The notes beneath the pieces are model-generated. The model ran no database searches. It saw nothing but the letters and a program-made list of their open reading frames with translations, and was not told the DNA's origin. Both the position numbers and the translations under genes were made by a program. Shown one piece after another: positions 8,825 to 17,730 of a stretch of 64,000 bases of DNA. Each line of letters starts with the position of its first letter. The first letter of the stretch is position 1. Source of the DNA: an uncultured Rhizobium sp. (GTDB lineage: Bacteria > Bacteroidota > Bacteroidia > NS11-12g > UBA955); NCBI GenBank assembly GCA_964527775.1, contig CAZGQS010000005.1:2745-66744 (forward strand), in the 5' to 3' direction.

Positions 8825-10600
8825 TTATTTGCGATTTTTGCAATATAAATTTACCGTTTGCCGCAATTCCTCAAAATTCCCGGGTTTCACAATTTGAACA
8901 AACTCTGAGGATTCAATTCCGCACGATTCCGTTGTGATCACCGGTATGCCCATCGATAGGGCTTTTAATATGAGTCGAGGCTGGTGTTCCACATACGTTG
9001 GATAAATGACCAGCCCAATCTTCGACCAATCTCCACTAAATTTTTCTGTATTCAGGCCATCCCAAAAATTGGGGCCTTCGAACATTTTACCTAAAACCAT
9101 GAGATTTAGGTTCAGTTCTTTTGCCAATTTTTTGATTTCGTAGGCGCCTTTTCGTCCAACGGCAGAAGCCGGGAATAATACCGTCAAAGGCCTATCCATG
9201 TGACTTGAAACATTTTCTTCTTCCTTTTGAAATGGTGGAATGTGCCAGTTGAGTTTAATCGATTTTCTATTGAAAATTTGCGCGATTTCTGTGTGAGGAG
9301 TGATGATTTTTCGGGACAGATTTAATCCGTGATTTTCCCATTTTATAATTTCATTTGGTGCTCTATAATCATTGAGAGTGTTACTGCTTCGATGGATGTT
9401 AAATGCAAAATCGAGTCGCTCGTGCAGTTTTTCTAGGGGAAGTCTATTCATTAAAACATCGAAAGTGCGTCCACCCAAAGCGCCAGAATGGACCAAATAG
9501 GGAAGGAGATTTTGGGATATTACCAAGTGGGTGGTCTCAATGGGAATCATCTTTGCCGCGGCTAAAGCAATTTTTGCGTCTAACTCAAGGCTCAAGCCGA
9601 AAGTATTATTTTGCTTCGGCGCAAATCGTAATTTTAATGCTCTGTAAATCCCTTGAAAAGTAGTTGATTTATGGTTGCCCTTTCTCAACGATGACCATGA
9701 ATATCTATGGGTTTTAATCAATGCATTTCGATTTAAAGGGACTATGAAAAAGTCGTTTTCGGAATGATTATTTTCAATAAAATCATCAAATTCCGGCCAC
9801 TTTTCATCTAAAATGAAGGTGGTTTTTGGGCTGATTGGAGCAATTGTTTTTTCCGACGGATGTTTAGAACACGATGTGTTTCCGCAAGAGTAACAGTCGT
9901 TTAATGATGAAGCTTGCTGCGTTGATAGATGTAATTCATTCGCAACTATATGGTTTGTTGTTGATCTGAATTTCACCATTAAATGTGTAGAATTCAGTTC
10001 AACATCTATTTTGAAGTCATGTGGGGCACTGAAACGCAGGTCTAAATAATTCCATTTAACGGTAGCGTCGCGGTCTTTTTCGGCGAGAGAGCCTTTGATG
10101 ATTTTGGTGTGTTTGTGTCGCTCAATGATTTCAAAGTTGGCTTTCAGGGCTGCATCATATAAGGCATTCGACAACTGGCAAAGTCCGCCGGCAACGGTGG
10201 GAACAATGCAACCTTCCCTGATTTCACGTCCCACGACAAAACCCTGCCCGAAGTTAGGATACCCAATGTGTTTCCAAAAACTGAAGGGTTGATTGGCTTG
10301 GACATGAAGGCCGTTGATTTTTCGAGCGGTGATGCGCAAATTTTCTATTTTTCCGGCAGTCAAAATCCAATTATTGGCGTTATCATGGGGATTCCATAGT
10401 TCGGTTTCGGAGGATGCAATGACTGTGGAAGAGCCATTGTTGTGGTGATCAACCGCAAATTTTGGGCAGGGAGATAGCGTATTTTGAATGAACCGCCTTA
10501 AAATTAGAGCTATTATTTTTAGTCTGAAGATGGAATCATTCCAGAAATTGTGTTTTTCACGGAGGATATTGGTTCGATTCAAGGTGAAAATAGAACGCAA
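8825..10600 (-). CDS. VanW-domain protein fused to a GT-B glycosyltransferase-like C-terminal region
   Basis: The VanW signature is QPFSFWKHIG...TVAGGLCQLSNALYDAALKA. A Cys cluster (CYSCGNTSC) follows. The C-terminal half carries GT1-like features (VLFPASAVGRKGAYE...LSMGIPVITTESCG). The start codon is TTG. Confidence 0.7.
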   Translation of the reverse strand: MRSIFTLNRTNILREKHNFWNDSIFRLKIIALILRRFIQNTLSPCPKFAVDHHNNGSSTVIASSETELWNPHDNANNWILTAGKIENLRITARKINGLHVQANQPFSFWKHIGYPNFGQGFVVGREIREGCIVPTVAGGLCQLSNALYDAALKANFEIIERHKHTKIIKGSLAEKDRDATVKWNYLDLRFSAPHDFKIDVELNSTHLMVKFRSTTNHIVANELHLSTQQASSLNDCYSCGNTSCSKHPSEKTIAPISPKTTFILDEKWPEFDDFIENNHSENDFFIVPLNRNALIKTHRYSWSSLRKGNHKSTTFQGIYRALKLRFAPKQNNTFGLSLELDAKIALAAAKMIPIETTHLVISQNLLPYLVHSGALGGRTFDVLMNRLPLEKLHERLDFAFNIHRSSNTLNDYRAPNEIIKWENHGLNLSRKIITPHTEIAQIFNRKSIKLNWHIPPFQKEEENVSSHMDRPLTVLFPASAVGRKGAYEIKKLAKELNLNLMVLGKMFEGPNFWDGLNTEKFSGDWSKIGLVIYPTYVEHQPRLILKALSMGIPVITTESCGIESSEFVQIVKPGNFEELRQTVNLYCKNRK

Positions 10601-10632
10601 GAATAGGGTGAAATTGTATGTCTATTAAAAAT

Positions 10633-11013
10633 TTATAAGATGGTTAACCCATAACTTTTGAATGACTTGTCTCGAGTTATTAATTTGAAATCATGATTTA
10701 AACACTGACTTATTATTATTCTATCAAATAGATCGGTATGGTGGTAAGGGAGATTTTGAAGCTTCAGGAAGTCTGAATTTTGAATAGGTAAAATTGCCCA
10801 GCCGCTTCGTTCGACGTAGAAGAATAAATCTGAAAGAGGTATGGGTAATGTTAATTTACCAATACTGATTTTGATGGTTAATTCCCAAATAGATGCTTGG
10901 CTGATAAAAATGTGATTTTGCGTGTCTTCGATGGTAGTTCTAATCTCATTGGTGATTTTGGGGTTCCCCTCAAGTATCCAAATTAATATATGAGTATCTA
11001 ATATTAGATTCAT
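10633..11013 (-). CDS. vapC: Type II toxin VapC (PIN-domain ribonuclease)
   Basis: The N-terminal LILDTHILIWIL motif is followed by later acidic PIN residues. It is 126 aa long and has a 4-nt ATGA overlap with the upstream gene. Confidence 0.9.
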   Translation of the reverse strand: MNLILDTHILIWILEGNPKITNEIRTTIEDTQNHIFISQASIWELTIKISIGKLTLPIPLSDLFFYVERSGWAILPIQNSDFLKLQNLPYHHTDLFDRIIISQCLNHDFKLITRDKSFKSYGLTIL

Positions 11014-11381
11014 GGGGTGTATTCTTTGAATTCATCTAAAGGAGCATCAAAATCTTCAGACATGAATATTTGCCCTTTTAATAATCCCCACAAACTTGGT
11101 CTTGTCTGACTAGAATTTTTATGAATCAGAAACTGAGTGAATTCAAGTACTTGAATTTGTTTTTGCAGAGGTAATTTTTCGAGTCCAGTGGTGACTTCTG
11201 TTGCAATACTGCTGACAGAGTTATAACTAGGTAAGGGCTCCGAAGCAATTTTTGTTTTATTGTAATTAATGAGTAAATCCTCAATTTTCTCGCTGAGACT
11301 TTTGCCTTCCTTTTTTGACCAGAATTTTGACTTTTGGTGTACGATTTCGTCAAGGGTAATGTTGATACGTTTTTTATTCAT
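11010..11381 (-). CDS. Antitoxin partner of VapC (RHH-like N-terminus plus DUF2281-like C-terminal tail)
   Basis: It is translationally coupled to vapC. The N-terminal INITLDEIVHQK region is ribbon-helix-helix-like. The C-terminal MSEDFDAPLDEFKEY matches the DUF2281-type tail as I recall it. Confidence 0.7.
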   Translation of the reverse strand: MNKKRINITLDEIVHQKSKFWSKKEGKSLSEKIEDLLINYNKTKIASEPLPSYNSVSSIATEVTTGLEKLPLQKQIQVLEFTQFLIHKNSSQTRPSLWGLLKGQIFMSEDFDAPLDEFKEYTP

Positions 11382-11423
11382 ACATCAAAAATAAATGATG
11401 TGTATCAATCTAAAAAATACACA

Positions 11424-13001
11424 CTATTGCTTTTGCGTTTTTTGCAAAACTAGGTAGTCGATTTTGCTGAAATGACGGGGGTCACGGGGTATTTTGAGCA
11501 ATTTAACATCGCCGTCAGGCAGTCTCAAGGAACGCAAATCTTCTTCTACAGGAGAGAAGCAACCGAGTTTTGGGTATGCCAAATGCTTGAATGAATCGCA
11601 GCGATTTAACTCTAAAAAGTAAACTAATTTGTTATTGATTTTCAATACAGTGCCCATAATTACTCCTGGAATATGTCGCAATTGATATTCCATCAAGAAG
11701 GGATATAAAGATTGACCTTGCCAATCAATGATTTGTTGACAACGACCCAGAAGTCGGAGGTTTCCATTGGCGTCAATGTAACCCGAGTCGCCGGTTCGGT
11801 GGAATAGTTTTTGGTCAATTAGGATTTTGGAACTTGCCATTTGTTCTGCTGCTTGGGGACCAAAATATTCTTTAACTACATGGTTTCCGGCAACGGCAAT
11901 TTCGCCAATCTGACCCGTTTCAAGTACCTTTTGTGATTGGATATCTAAAATTTTAACGACAGTACAAGATTCTATTTTTCCTACACAAAGTCCATCTTCA
12001 AAAGTGGAATCGGCGGTCTGAATGAGCGTGCGTGCATTAATGCTGGAAATAGGTTCTGCCTCGGTACTACCGTAAACAATTTCAACCCTGGAATTTGGAA
12101 ATGCGGTGAGCCATAATTTGGCCTCAGAAGGAAACACGGGCGCCCCACCGCTGAAGACTTCACGCACCGAACCTAGATTGGGTGAAATGTTTTGAGATAG
12201 GCTCTTAATGCACAGTTGATCAATGAAATAGGGTGATGCGATGATGCGATTGACGCGAAACTTCTCTATGGTCTTAATGATCTTTTGAGCCTTTAATTTA
12301 TAGGGCTTTTTGCTGCTCCAATTCACAATGACGCTGCTCACTCCTAGGCCCAAATTAATCATTAAAACAATGGGCAAAACAGGCATATCTACCGTGTCAT
12401 CACGGGTTTGTAAGGTATTTTGGAGTGCTAAAAATTGTTGATGTAGAATTTCGTGGCTGCGTTTGACCGCTTTGGGAATACCCGTGCTGCCGGTGGTGAA
12501 CGTGATTAGTGCGGTGTCATTTGAGGCATCAATAGAAACCGCATCGTGGTAGAGGCTTTTCTTGGCGTTCTTTATTTCTCGCGTGGTAATGCGGATGGGT
12601 ATTTGTCTGATATCCCTGATTAAATGTCCCAAGAAAGAAGCCAACGAAATACCAATAAATCCTTTGCAGTCAGCTATTTGGCAGGAAGTTTTTAAGCGGT
12701 TAAGTTTGGCCCATTCATCGATAAAAACGGCCGTGCAACCCATTTGAAACAAGGCCAATACGCTGACATATAAATCAATGCTCATGGGAACGAAGACCAA
12801 AACGCGGTCACCTGACTTTAGGCCTCGTTCTACAAATAATGAATGCGCGGCATCAATTTTATGTCGAAGTTCACCGAAGGTAATCTTTGAATGTTCATCG
12901 GCGATGGCCAGGCGATTGGAATTCATGATCGCGGCAGCATGGAAATGTTCCATGATATTGCCTTTAGTTAAAGTCTGTGCGATATGAATGATGTTAGACA
13001 T
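11424..13001 (-). CDS. AMP-dependent synthetase/ligase (ANL superfamily)
   Basis: Core motifs are ITFTTGSTGIPKAV, YGSTEAEP and HRTGDSGYIDANGNLRLLGR. The start lies 2 nt after the stop of the upstream gene. Confidence 0.9.
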   Translation of the reverse strand: MSNIIHIAQTLTKGNIMEHFHAAAIMNSNRLAIADEHSKITFGELRHKIDAAHSLFVERGLKSGDRVLVFVPMSIDLYVSVLALFQMGCTAVFIDEWAKLNRLKTSCQIADCKGFIGISLASFLGHLIRDIRQIPIRITTREIKNAKKSLYHDAVSIDASNDTALITFTTGSTGIPKAVKRSHEILHQQFLALQNTLQTRDDTVDMPVLPIVLMINLGLGVSSVIVNWSSKKPYKLKAQKIIKTIEKFRVNRIIASPYFIDQLCIKSLSQNISPNLGSVREVFSGGAPVFPSEAKLWLTAFPNSRVEIVYGSTEAEPISSINARTLIQTADSTFEDGLCVGKIESCTVVKILDIQSQKVLETGQIGEIAVAGNHVVKEYFGPQAAEQMASSKILIDQKLFHRTGDSGYIDANGNLRLLGRCQQIIDWQGQSLYPFLMEYQLRHIPGVIMGTVLKINNKLVYFLELNRCDSFKHLAYPKLGCFSPVEEDLRSLRLPDGDVKLLKIPRDPRHFSKIDYLVLQKTQKQ

Positions 13002-13003
13002 TG

Positions 13004-15220
13004 TTATAGATCTATTCCATACAGTTGGTATTCAGAAATGATTTCGGCTTCCAAAGATTCAGAGCACCTCAATGATGCTGCGTCTATATGCATGAATGAA
13101 TGGACTACTTGAAAAATGCCCAGTTTTTTGGCTTTTTGTTGCAAAATATCTGTCATCACCAATCCCAATCCACCAAGTCTAAAATCGGGTTTTCGAGCTA
13201 CTGTTTTCATGATGATGGAATTATTTTCAATGTCTAAGTAGGCAAAGACAAATCCCTGCAAATTCCGTTCCAATTCTGCTAGAAGTACCCATTCGGGATC
13301 AATTAAATGTTTGATTTCGTTGTATTTCAGTAAAAAGTCTTTCCAATGTATGGGTGTATAGTAGGGATTGTGTTGGAAGGCCACGAGGCTGAGCTCGTGG
13401 ATTTTGTGAAGTTCTTCTTCCCAATGATTCGGGTTTAAATGCCTGAATCTGATGCCTTGGATTTCCAATTGACTTTTTCGGTCATCCAATCTGGAAATGC
13501 TACCAGGAATTTCGTGCATGAGGGTACTTACATATCGTTCAATGGGTTTGAATCCCGCATTTTCAAAGAACTCAATCTGTTCAGGTTGGTAGGGGATATC
13601 CCCCAAAAAATTGCGATGAGAAGTGGTTTTTAAACGATAATCGTTCCAAGTACTTCCTCCGTTCATGGGGCCAATGATGCGTTTGTAGCCGTTTTGTTGG
13701 GACCAAATTATCAGTTTTCGGAGGTCGGTGATCGGTGATCGGAGGTCGGTGATCGGTGATCGGAGGTCGGAGGTCGGTGATCGGAGGTCGGAGGTCGGTG
13801 ATCGGAGGTCGGTGGTCAGTACACGGCTATCAGAGTTCGGCTGACGGCTTTCGGCTGGTGGCTGTAGGTTGAAAGCTGAGGGCTGATTGCAGTTGACTGA
13901 TAGGGCTAATGTTTCTAAATTTAGGGGCCAGATATGGATGGTGATCGGTGATCGGAGATCGGTGGTCGGTGATTGGTGATCGGTGATCGGTGATCGGTGA
14001 TCGGTGGACAGTACACGGCTATCAGTGTTCGGCTGACGGCTGTCGGCTGATGGCTGATGGTTGCCCGCTGAAAGCTGATCGCTTTCGGCTGATGGCTGAA
14101 GGCTGAAAGCTGACGACTGATCGTTATAATCAATGACAATGGTATTGTAGAAGTAACCGTCGTCTTGAGCGCGGAGTTCCGACATGAGGTCTGATTGTTC
14201 TGTTAGTGTGGGAACTACCTGTGAACATCTTCGGGTGACCATCAAATTCCAGTAAGCCAAACGTCCCCCGGGAAAAAGACCGGAAGATAGTTTGGTGGCG
14301 GCCTCGCTGAATTCAGATTCATTCATATATTCGAAGATGTTGCTCAGGTTCATGGCGTGGAAATGTCCGTAATGAGAAATAGCGTCCTCGGCGAAACCGT
14401 GAAATAATGAAATTCTATGGATTCTGGCTTTGATGAATTCGTAGTTATTTGGTTGAAGGTAGTGGGGCAAAAGTTCGCCGAAACTGCCCGTTAGATTGTA
14501 GCGAAGAAAGGGGTTCTGCTGCGCGCTGACAGAACTTAAGTGAGTTTCAGCTTGATTCAATATGAAATCTGAAACGGGTATCTTCACTTGTTTTAAGAAT
14601 TCGGGGTCGCGGCCCAATCTTCCCATGACGGTGCGACTGAAAAACAATTTGAACAATCCGCGCCAACGCCAAGTGTTCCATTTGTTTAGAAAGAATTGGC
14701 GCTGTTCATGGGCCGATTTGGGAGCGAATAATTCAGCGATTCTATTTTTGTTGTGAATCAGCGGGAGGACTTTTTGGGAAAAAATTTGGAAGTACTTTTC
14801 GAATTTTCCATGATGAATGATGCCTGTTGAATTCCATTTAGACAGCGTTTTTGAGAAGTAATTGGCTGCATCTTTAGAAAGATGGGGAACTAATATGTTG
14901 AATAGATCCGCACGATTTGAGGCGGGTGAATATCCCAAGAAAGCAAGAACCTCGGAGTAAGTAAGGTGCTCAATGGCCCTAATTTTCAGCTCGGTTAAAT
15001 AGAGTTGAACAGGGTTGATGTCGGCGGCAACAATCAGTTTTGGGTCGGCCATCAACAGACTGAAACAGTTGTCACCTGCGGAGGCAATGCTTAACACCTG
15101 ATCGTGTTTCTGAATGTTGAGCGCTTTGAGCAAGACTTTGGGGTCTTCCCAAACCGTGGCATAACGAATGAAGTCAAACGATGCTGATTGTGAAATGCTC
15201 AATCTTCTAGTTCCCTCCAT
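13004..15220 (-). CDS. BtaA-like (DUF3419, SAM-dependent 3-amino-3-carboxypropyl transferase-like) N-domain joined to a GNAT-like C-domain through heptamer-repeat-encoded linkers
   Basis: The N-terminal ~365 aa carry FIRYATVWEDPKV and SIASAGDNCFS (BtaA-like). Residues ~366-500 are 7-aa repeats (DLRSPIT, DHRSPIT, SRQPSA). The C-terminal part has IIGPMNGGSTWNDYRL and an acyltransferase-like fold pattern. Confidence 0.7.
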   Translation of the reverse strand: MEGTRRLSISQSASFDFIRYATVWEDPKVLLKALNIQKHDQVLSIASAGDNCFSLLMADPKLIVAADINPVQLYLTELKIRAIEHLTYSEVLAFLGYSPASNRADLFNILVPHLSKDAANYFSKTLSKWNSTGIIHHGKFEKYFQIFSQKVLPLIHNKNRIAELFAPKSAHEQRQFFLNKWNTWRWRGLFKLFFSRTVMGRLGRDPEFLKQVKIPVSDFILNQAETHLSSVSAQQNPFLRYNLTGSFGELLPHYLQPNNYEFIKARIHRISLFHGFAEDAISHYGHFHAMNLSNIFEYMNESEFSEAATKLSSGLFPGGRLAYWNLMVTRRCSQVVPTLTEQSDLMSELRAQDDGYFYNTIVIDYNDQSSAFSLQPSAESDQLSAGNHQPSADSRQPNTDSRVLSTDHRSPITDHQSPTTDLRSPITIHIWPLNLETLALSVNCNQPSAFNLQPPAESRQPNSDSRVLTTDLRSPTSDLRSPTSDLRSPITDLRSPITDLRKLIIWSQQNGYKRIIGPMNGGSTWNDYRLKTTSHRNFLGDIPYQPEQIEFFENAGFKPIERYVSTLMHEIPGSISRLDDRKSQLEIQGIRFRHLNPNHWEEELHKIHELSLVAFQHNPYYTPIHWKDFLLKYNEIKHLIDPEWVLLAELERNLQGFVFAYLDIENNSIIMKTVARKPDFRLGGLGLVMTDILQQKAKKLGIFQVVHSFMHIDAASLRCSESLEAEIISEYQLYGIDL
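13719..13887. repeat. Heptanucleotide-phased tandem repeat block A1 (GGTGATC/GGAGGTC units, then GGCTGAC-type units)
   Basis: The period-7 repeats can be read directly. The block shares a near-identical ~47-nt core (13811-13857) with block A2 (14003-14049). Confidence 0.9.
13939..14122. repeat. Heptanucleotide-phased tandem repeat block A2 (GGTGATC x ~9, then GGCTGAT/GGCTGAA/AGCTGAx units)
   Basis: The period-7 repeats can be read directly. It is separated from A1 by ~50 nt of unique sequence that encodes IHIWPLNLETLALSVN on the minus strand. Confidence 0.9.
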
Positions 15221-17730
15221 GAATTCTCTAACACAATTTTGATTTTACCGGTGGCACCGTCCATTTCAACGATGTCGCCAGTTTCAAGTTGATTCAATAA
15301 ATTGGTGATACCCACAATGCAAGGTTTTCCTAATTCTCGTGAAACAATGGCGCTGTGAGATAGGAGGGAGCCTCTTTCTACCAAGATTCCAGATGCCGTT
15401 GGAAACAACATCACCCAACCTGGGTCGGTGGATGAGGTTACTAAAATGTCTCCATTTAAATCGCTCACTTCTCGAGGATCTATTACAATTCTCACCTTTG
15501 CTTTGACGATGCCAGGACAACACCCAATGCCTTTGAGATCAGCACCTTCCAACGAACTTTTGGTTTCTTGAATGAAAGAGTTTGCATGGTAGACGTTCCC
15601 ATAAGTTCTGATTCTTTCGGAGGTGTTTTGGGACTCGTAACCTTGGTATTTCACCTTTCTGAATTCTATGAGATCGGCAATTTCTGGCGTAACCGATGTT
15701 CCCTTGATGAAGTCAAAAATTTCTTCTTGGGTTAGGTAAAAAATGTCACGCGGGTGTTTGATGATGCCTTCGCCGTAAAATTGATTTCCGATGGCCAAAA
15801 ACAGTTCTCTTATTTTTCCAAATCCGCGGGTTCGTTCAAACCTGAGGTTTTCGCGCGCGCTCACCATTTCACGGGTTTTGCCCAAAACATAGTTGAAAAT
15901 CCGTCTTTTAATGGGTTTATCCCTGAAGGTTTCTTTAATAATGTCTTCGCCTTGTTTTCTGAGGTCTTTATGCGAAGGTTGGCCGTAAGATGGGTCGTTG
16001 GTTGAACTGTAATTCGCTTGATATCTCACGTGTGACTGAATCAAAGCTGCGAACATTGCAGGATCTTGTCTGTAGGTTATGGTTTCAAGTTTGAGTTCTC
16101 CCACGGTGCGGTCGCCAAATTTATCAATGTAGTATTTGAATTCTTTTAAAACGTTTTCAAAGTTTCTGTCTGTTTCAAAGGCTTTTAAAATCTCCTCGGG
16201 AGTGGCCTTAACTATAAATTCAATCCAATTCCAGTGCTTGCTAAGTTTGTCAACAATTTTTTCAATTTGATGGATGGGCTCTACTGAAATGATATCTCCA
16301 GCACTACTCAATAATTGATTGTGAATGCCGTCGGGGAGTTGATATTTTTCGGCCAACTTTTGAGTAAACCCAAAGTAAATCATGGCATAAAAATCATTCA
16401 CCAATGGAGCTTTCCATTTTTTCAAAAGGGTTTGTTCGAACCTTAAAATCAATTCCATCAACTCATGTGAATCTTTTTCGTGGAGCGGAATTTGGTTGAA
16501 TTCATCCATGACTTTTTGGAAGTCGGCTTGAAAAGTCACCCTCATTTTAGGAAGTGCCCTCAAGTTGCTGATCATCGATTTAATCATGATCAACACACGC
16601 GTTCTTTCGGTCCATTTGCTTCTTTTGGGAAGGTCTTTCAGCTCAAATCGCTCTTTCACGCCCATCATTTTCTCCATGAATTCGGCGTTGAGATGATATC
16701 CGGGCAATAAGGCTAGAGCTTTGTACCACGATAGAAGATTGTAATAAACTCGGCCGTTGATAAGACCCAGCATATTGGCAAAAATTCCCGCATTTTTGGT
16801 TAAATCTGCTTCGCTCACACCCAACAATCTGCAAAGTTGGATGTACACTGATTCATACATCTTAATGATAAAACTAAAGGTAAGGGGAGTGGTGACTCCC
16901 GGATACGATTCGATGATGTTGGAATTGTCCCACAGTATCATCTCCGATGATTGATCAGACGTCAGATTCAGCGTGGTTACGGGTCTGCTTTGAAGTAAGT
17001 AAAATTGCTCATCCTCCCAGCAAAATTCGATGTCTTGCGGTTTTTTGTAAAGAGCCTTCAGGTCGCTTAGAACCTTGCAAATATGTTTAAGCTGATTGGG
17101 TGTGAGTTTTGTTTCGGGGGATGCTTGGAAGTCAGAATCTATCAAATTTCTGGTTGTTGAATCCAAAATGTAGGTATCAGAATTCAACTCTCCGCTAACC
17201 AGTCCCTCACCCAAACCGCACACAGCCGATATCACGATTTCTTTGCGTTTGCCGTTGACGGGATTCATTCCAAAGGCAACACCTGAAACCGCAGGGTTGA
17301 GCATGCGCTGAATCACAATTCCCATTTTTTGTGGGGGTTCAATACCGTGTTCGTGGCAATAAGCAACCACTTCAGGTCGTTTGAGCGAGTTCCATACATT
17401 GGTGATGGCCTGATTCACTTGGTCCCATTCAACATTTAGTTGAGTCAGAAATTGACCGGCAAAACTCTGACTTCCGCTGTCTTCGCCCAACGCCGATGAT
17501 CTTACCGAAACGAATTTGGGACTGCCCAAATAGTCTTTGATTTCTTGAAGTTCAACCTCAGACAGTGGTTTTGAAATATCAATCTGTTGAGCATTGTACA
17601 CAACAAATTCAGGAACTTTGAATCCATAGTCTGAAAGATGCAACAGGTTGAATCCCTTCCCCCCACTGAATATGGGATTGGATTTTACATCGAATGGACT
17701 TTTATATAAAATGAACTTTACGAAATCCAT
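15199..17730 (-). CDS. PEP-utilizing-family dikinase-like enzyme (ATP-grasp N-domain, large central domain, C-terminal swivel phosphohistidine domain; no PEP/pyruvate TIM-barrel domain)
   Basis: The N-terminal GGKGFNLLHL...VPEFVV is a PPDK_N-type ATP-grasp motif. The C-terminal TSSTDPGWVMLFPTASGILVERGSLLSHSAIVSRELGKPCIVG is the mobile His domain. I chose the start at ATG 17730 (MDFVKF); the track start is 17781. Confidence 0.85.
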   Translation of the reverse strand: MDFVKFILYKSPFDVKSNPIFSGGKGFNLLHLSDYGFKVPEFVVYNAQQIDISKPLSEVELQEIKDYLGSPKFVSVRSSALGEDSGSQSFAGQFLTQLNVEWDQVNQAITNVWNSLKRPEVVAYCHEHGIEPPQKMGIVIQRMLNPAVSGVAFGMNPVNGKRKEIVISAVCGLGEGLVSGELNSDTYILDSTTRNLIDSDFQASPETKLTPNQLKHICKVLSDLKALYKKPQDIEFCWEDEQFYLLQSRPVTTLNLTSDQSSEMILWDNSNIIESYPGVTTPLTFSFIIKMYESVYIQLCRLLGVSEADLTKNAGIFANMLGLINGRVYYNLLSWYKALALLPGYHLNAEFMEKMMGVKERFELKDLPKRSKWTERTRVLIMIKSMISNLRALPKMRVTFQADFQKVMDEFNQIPLHEKDSHELMELILRFEQTLLKKWKAPLVNDFYAMIYFGFTQKLAEKYQLPDGIHNQLLSSAGDIISVEPIHQIEKIVDKLSKHWNWIEFIVKATPEEILKAFETDRNFENVLKEFKYYIDKFGDRTVGELKLETITYRQDPAMFAALIQSHVRYQANYSSTNDPSYGQPSHKDLRKQGEDIIKETFRDKPIKRRIFNYVLGKTREMVSARENLRFERTRGFGKIRELFLAIGNQFYGEGIIKHPRDIFYLTQEEIFDFIKGTSVTPEIADLIEFRKVKYQGYESQNTSERIRTYGNVYHANSFIQETKSSLEGADLKGIGCCPGIVKAKVRIVIDPREVSDLNGDILVTSSTDPGWVMLFPTASGILVERGSLLSHSAIVSRELGKPCIVGITNLLNQLETGDIVEMDGATGKIKIVLENSWRELED

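Noticed and set aside
8450-8937. 80-aa and 82-aa plus-strand ORFs opposite the antitoxin-like gene and the VanW gene end
   Set aside because: They lie antisense to better-supported genes and are low-complexity with no motifs.
13719-14122. Repeat arrays considered as a possible CRISPR array
   Set aside because: The repeat period is 7 nt with no unique spacers of 25-40 nt. No cas genes are present in the window. The arrays lie inside an ORF.
13921-14139. 72-aa minus-strand ORF in an alternative frame inside the repeat region
   Set aside because: The heptamer units are stop-free in all three minus-strand frames, so such ORFs arise automatically. This one lies entirely within the larger 738-aa ORF.
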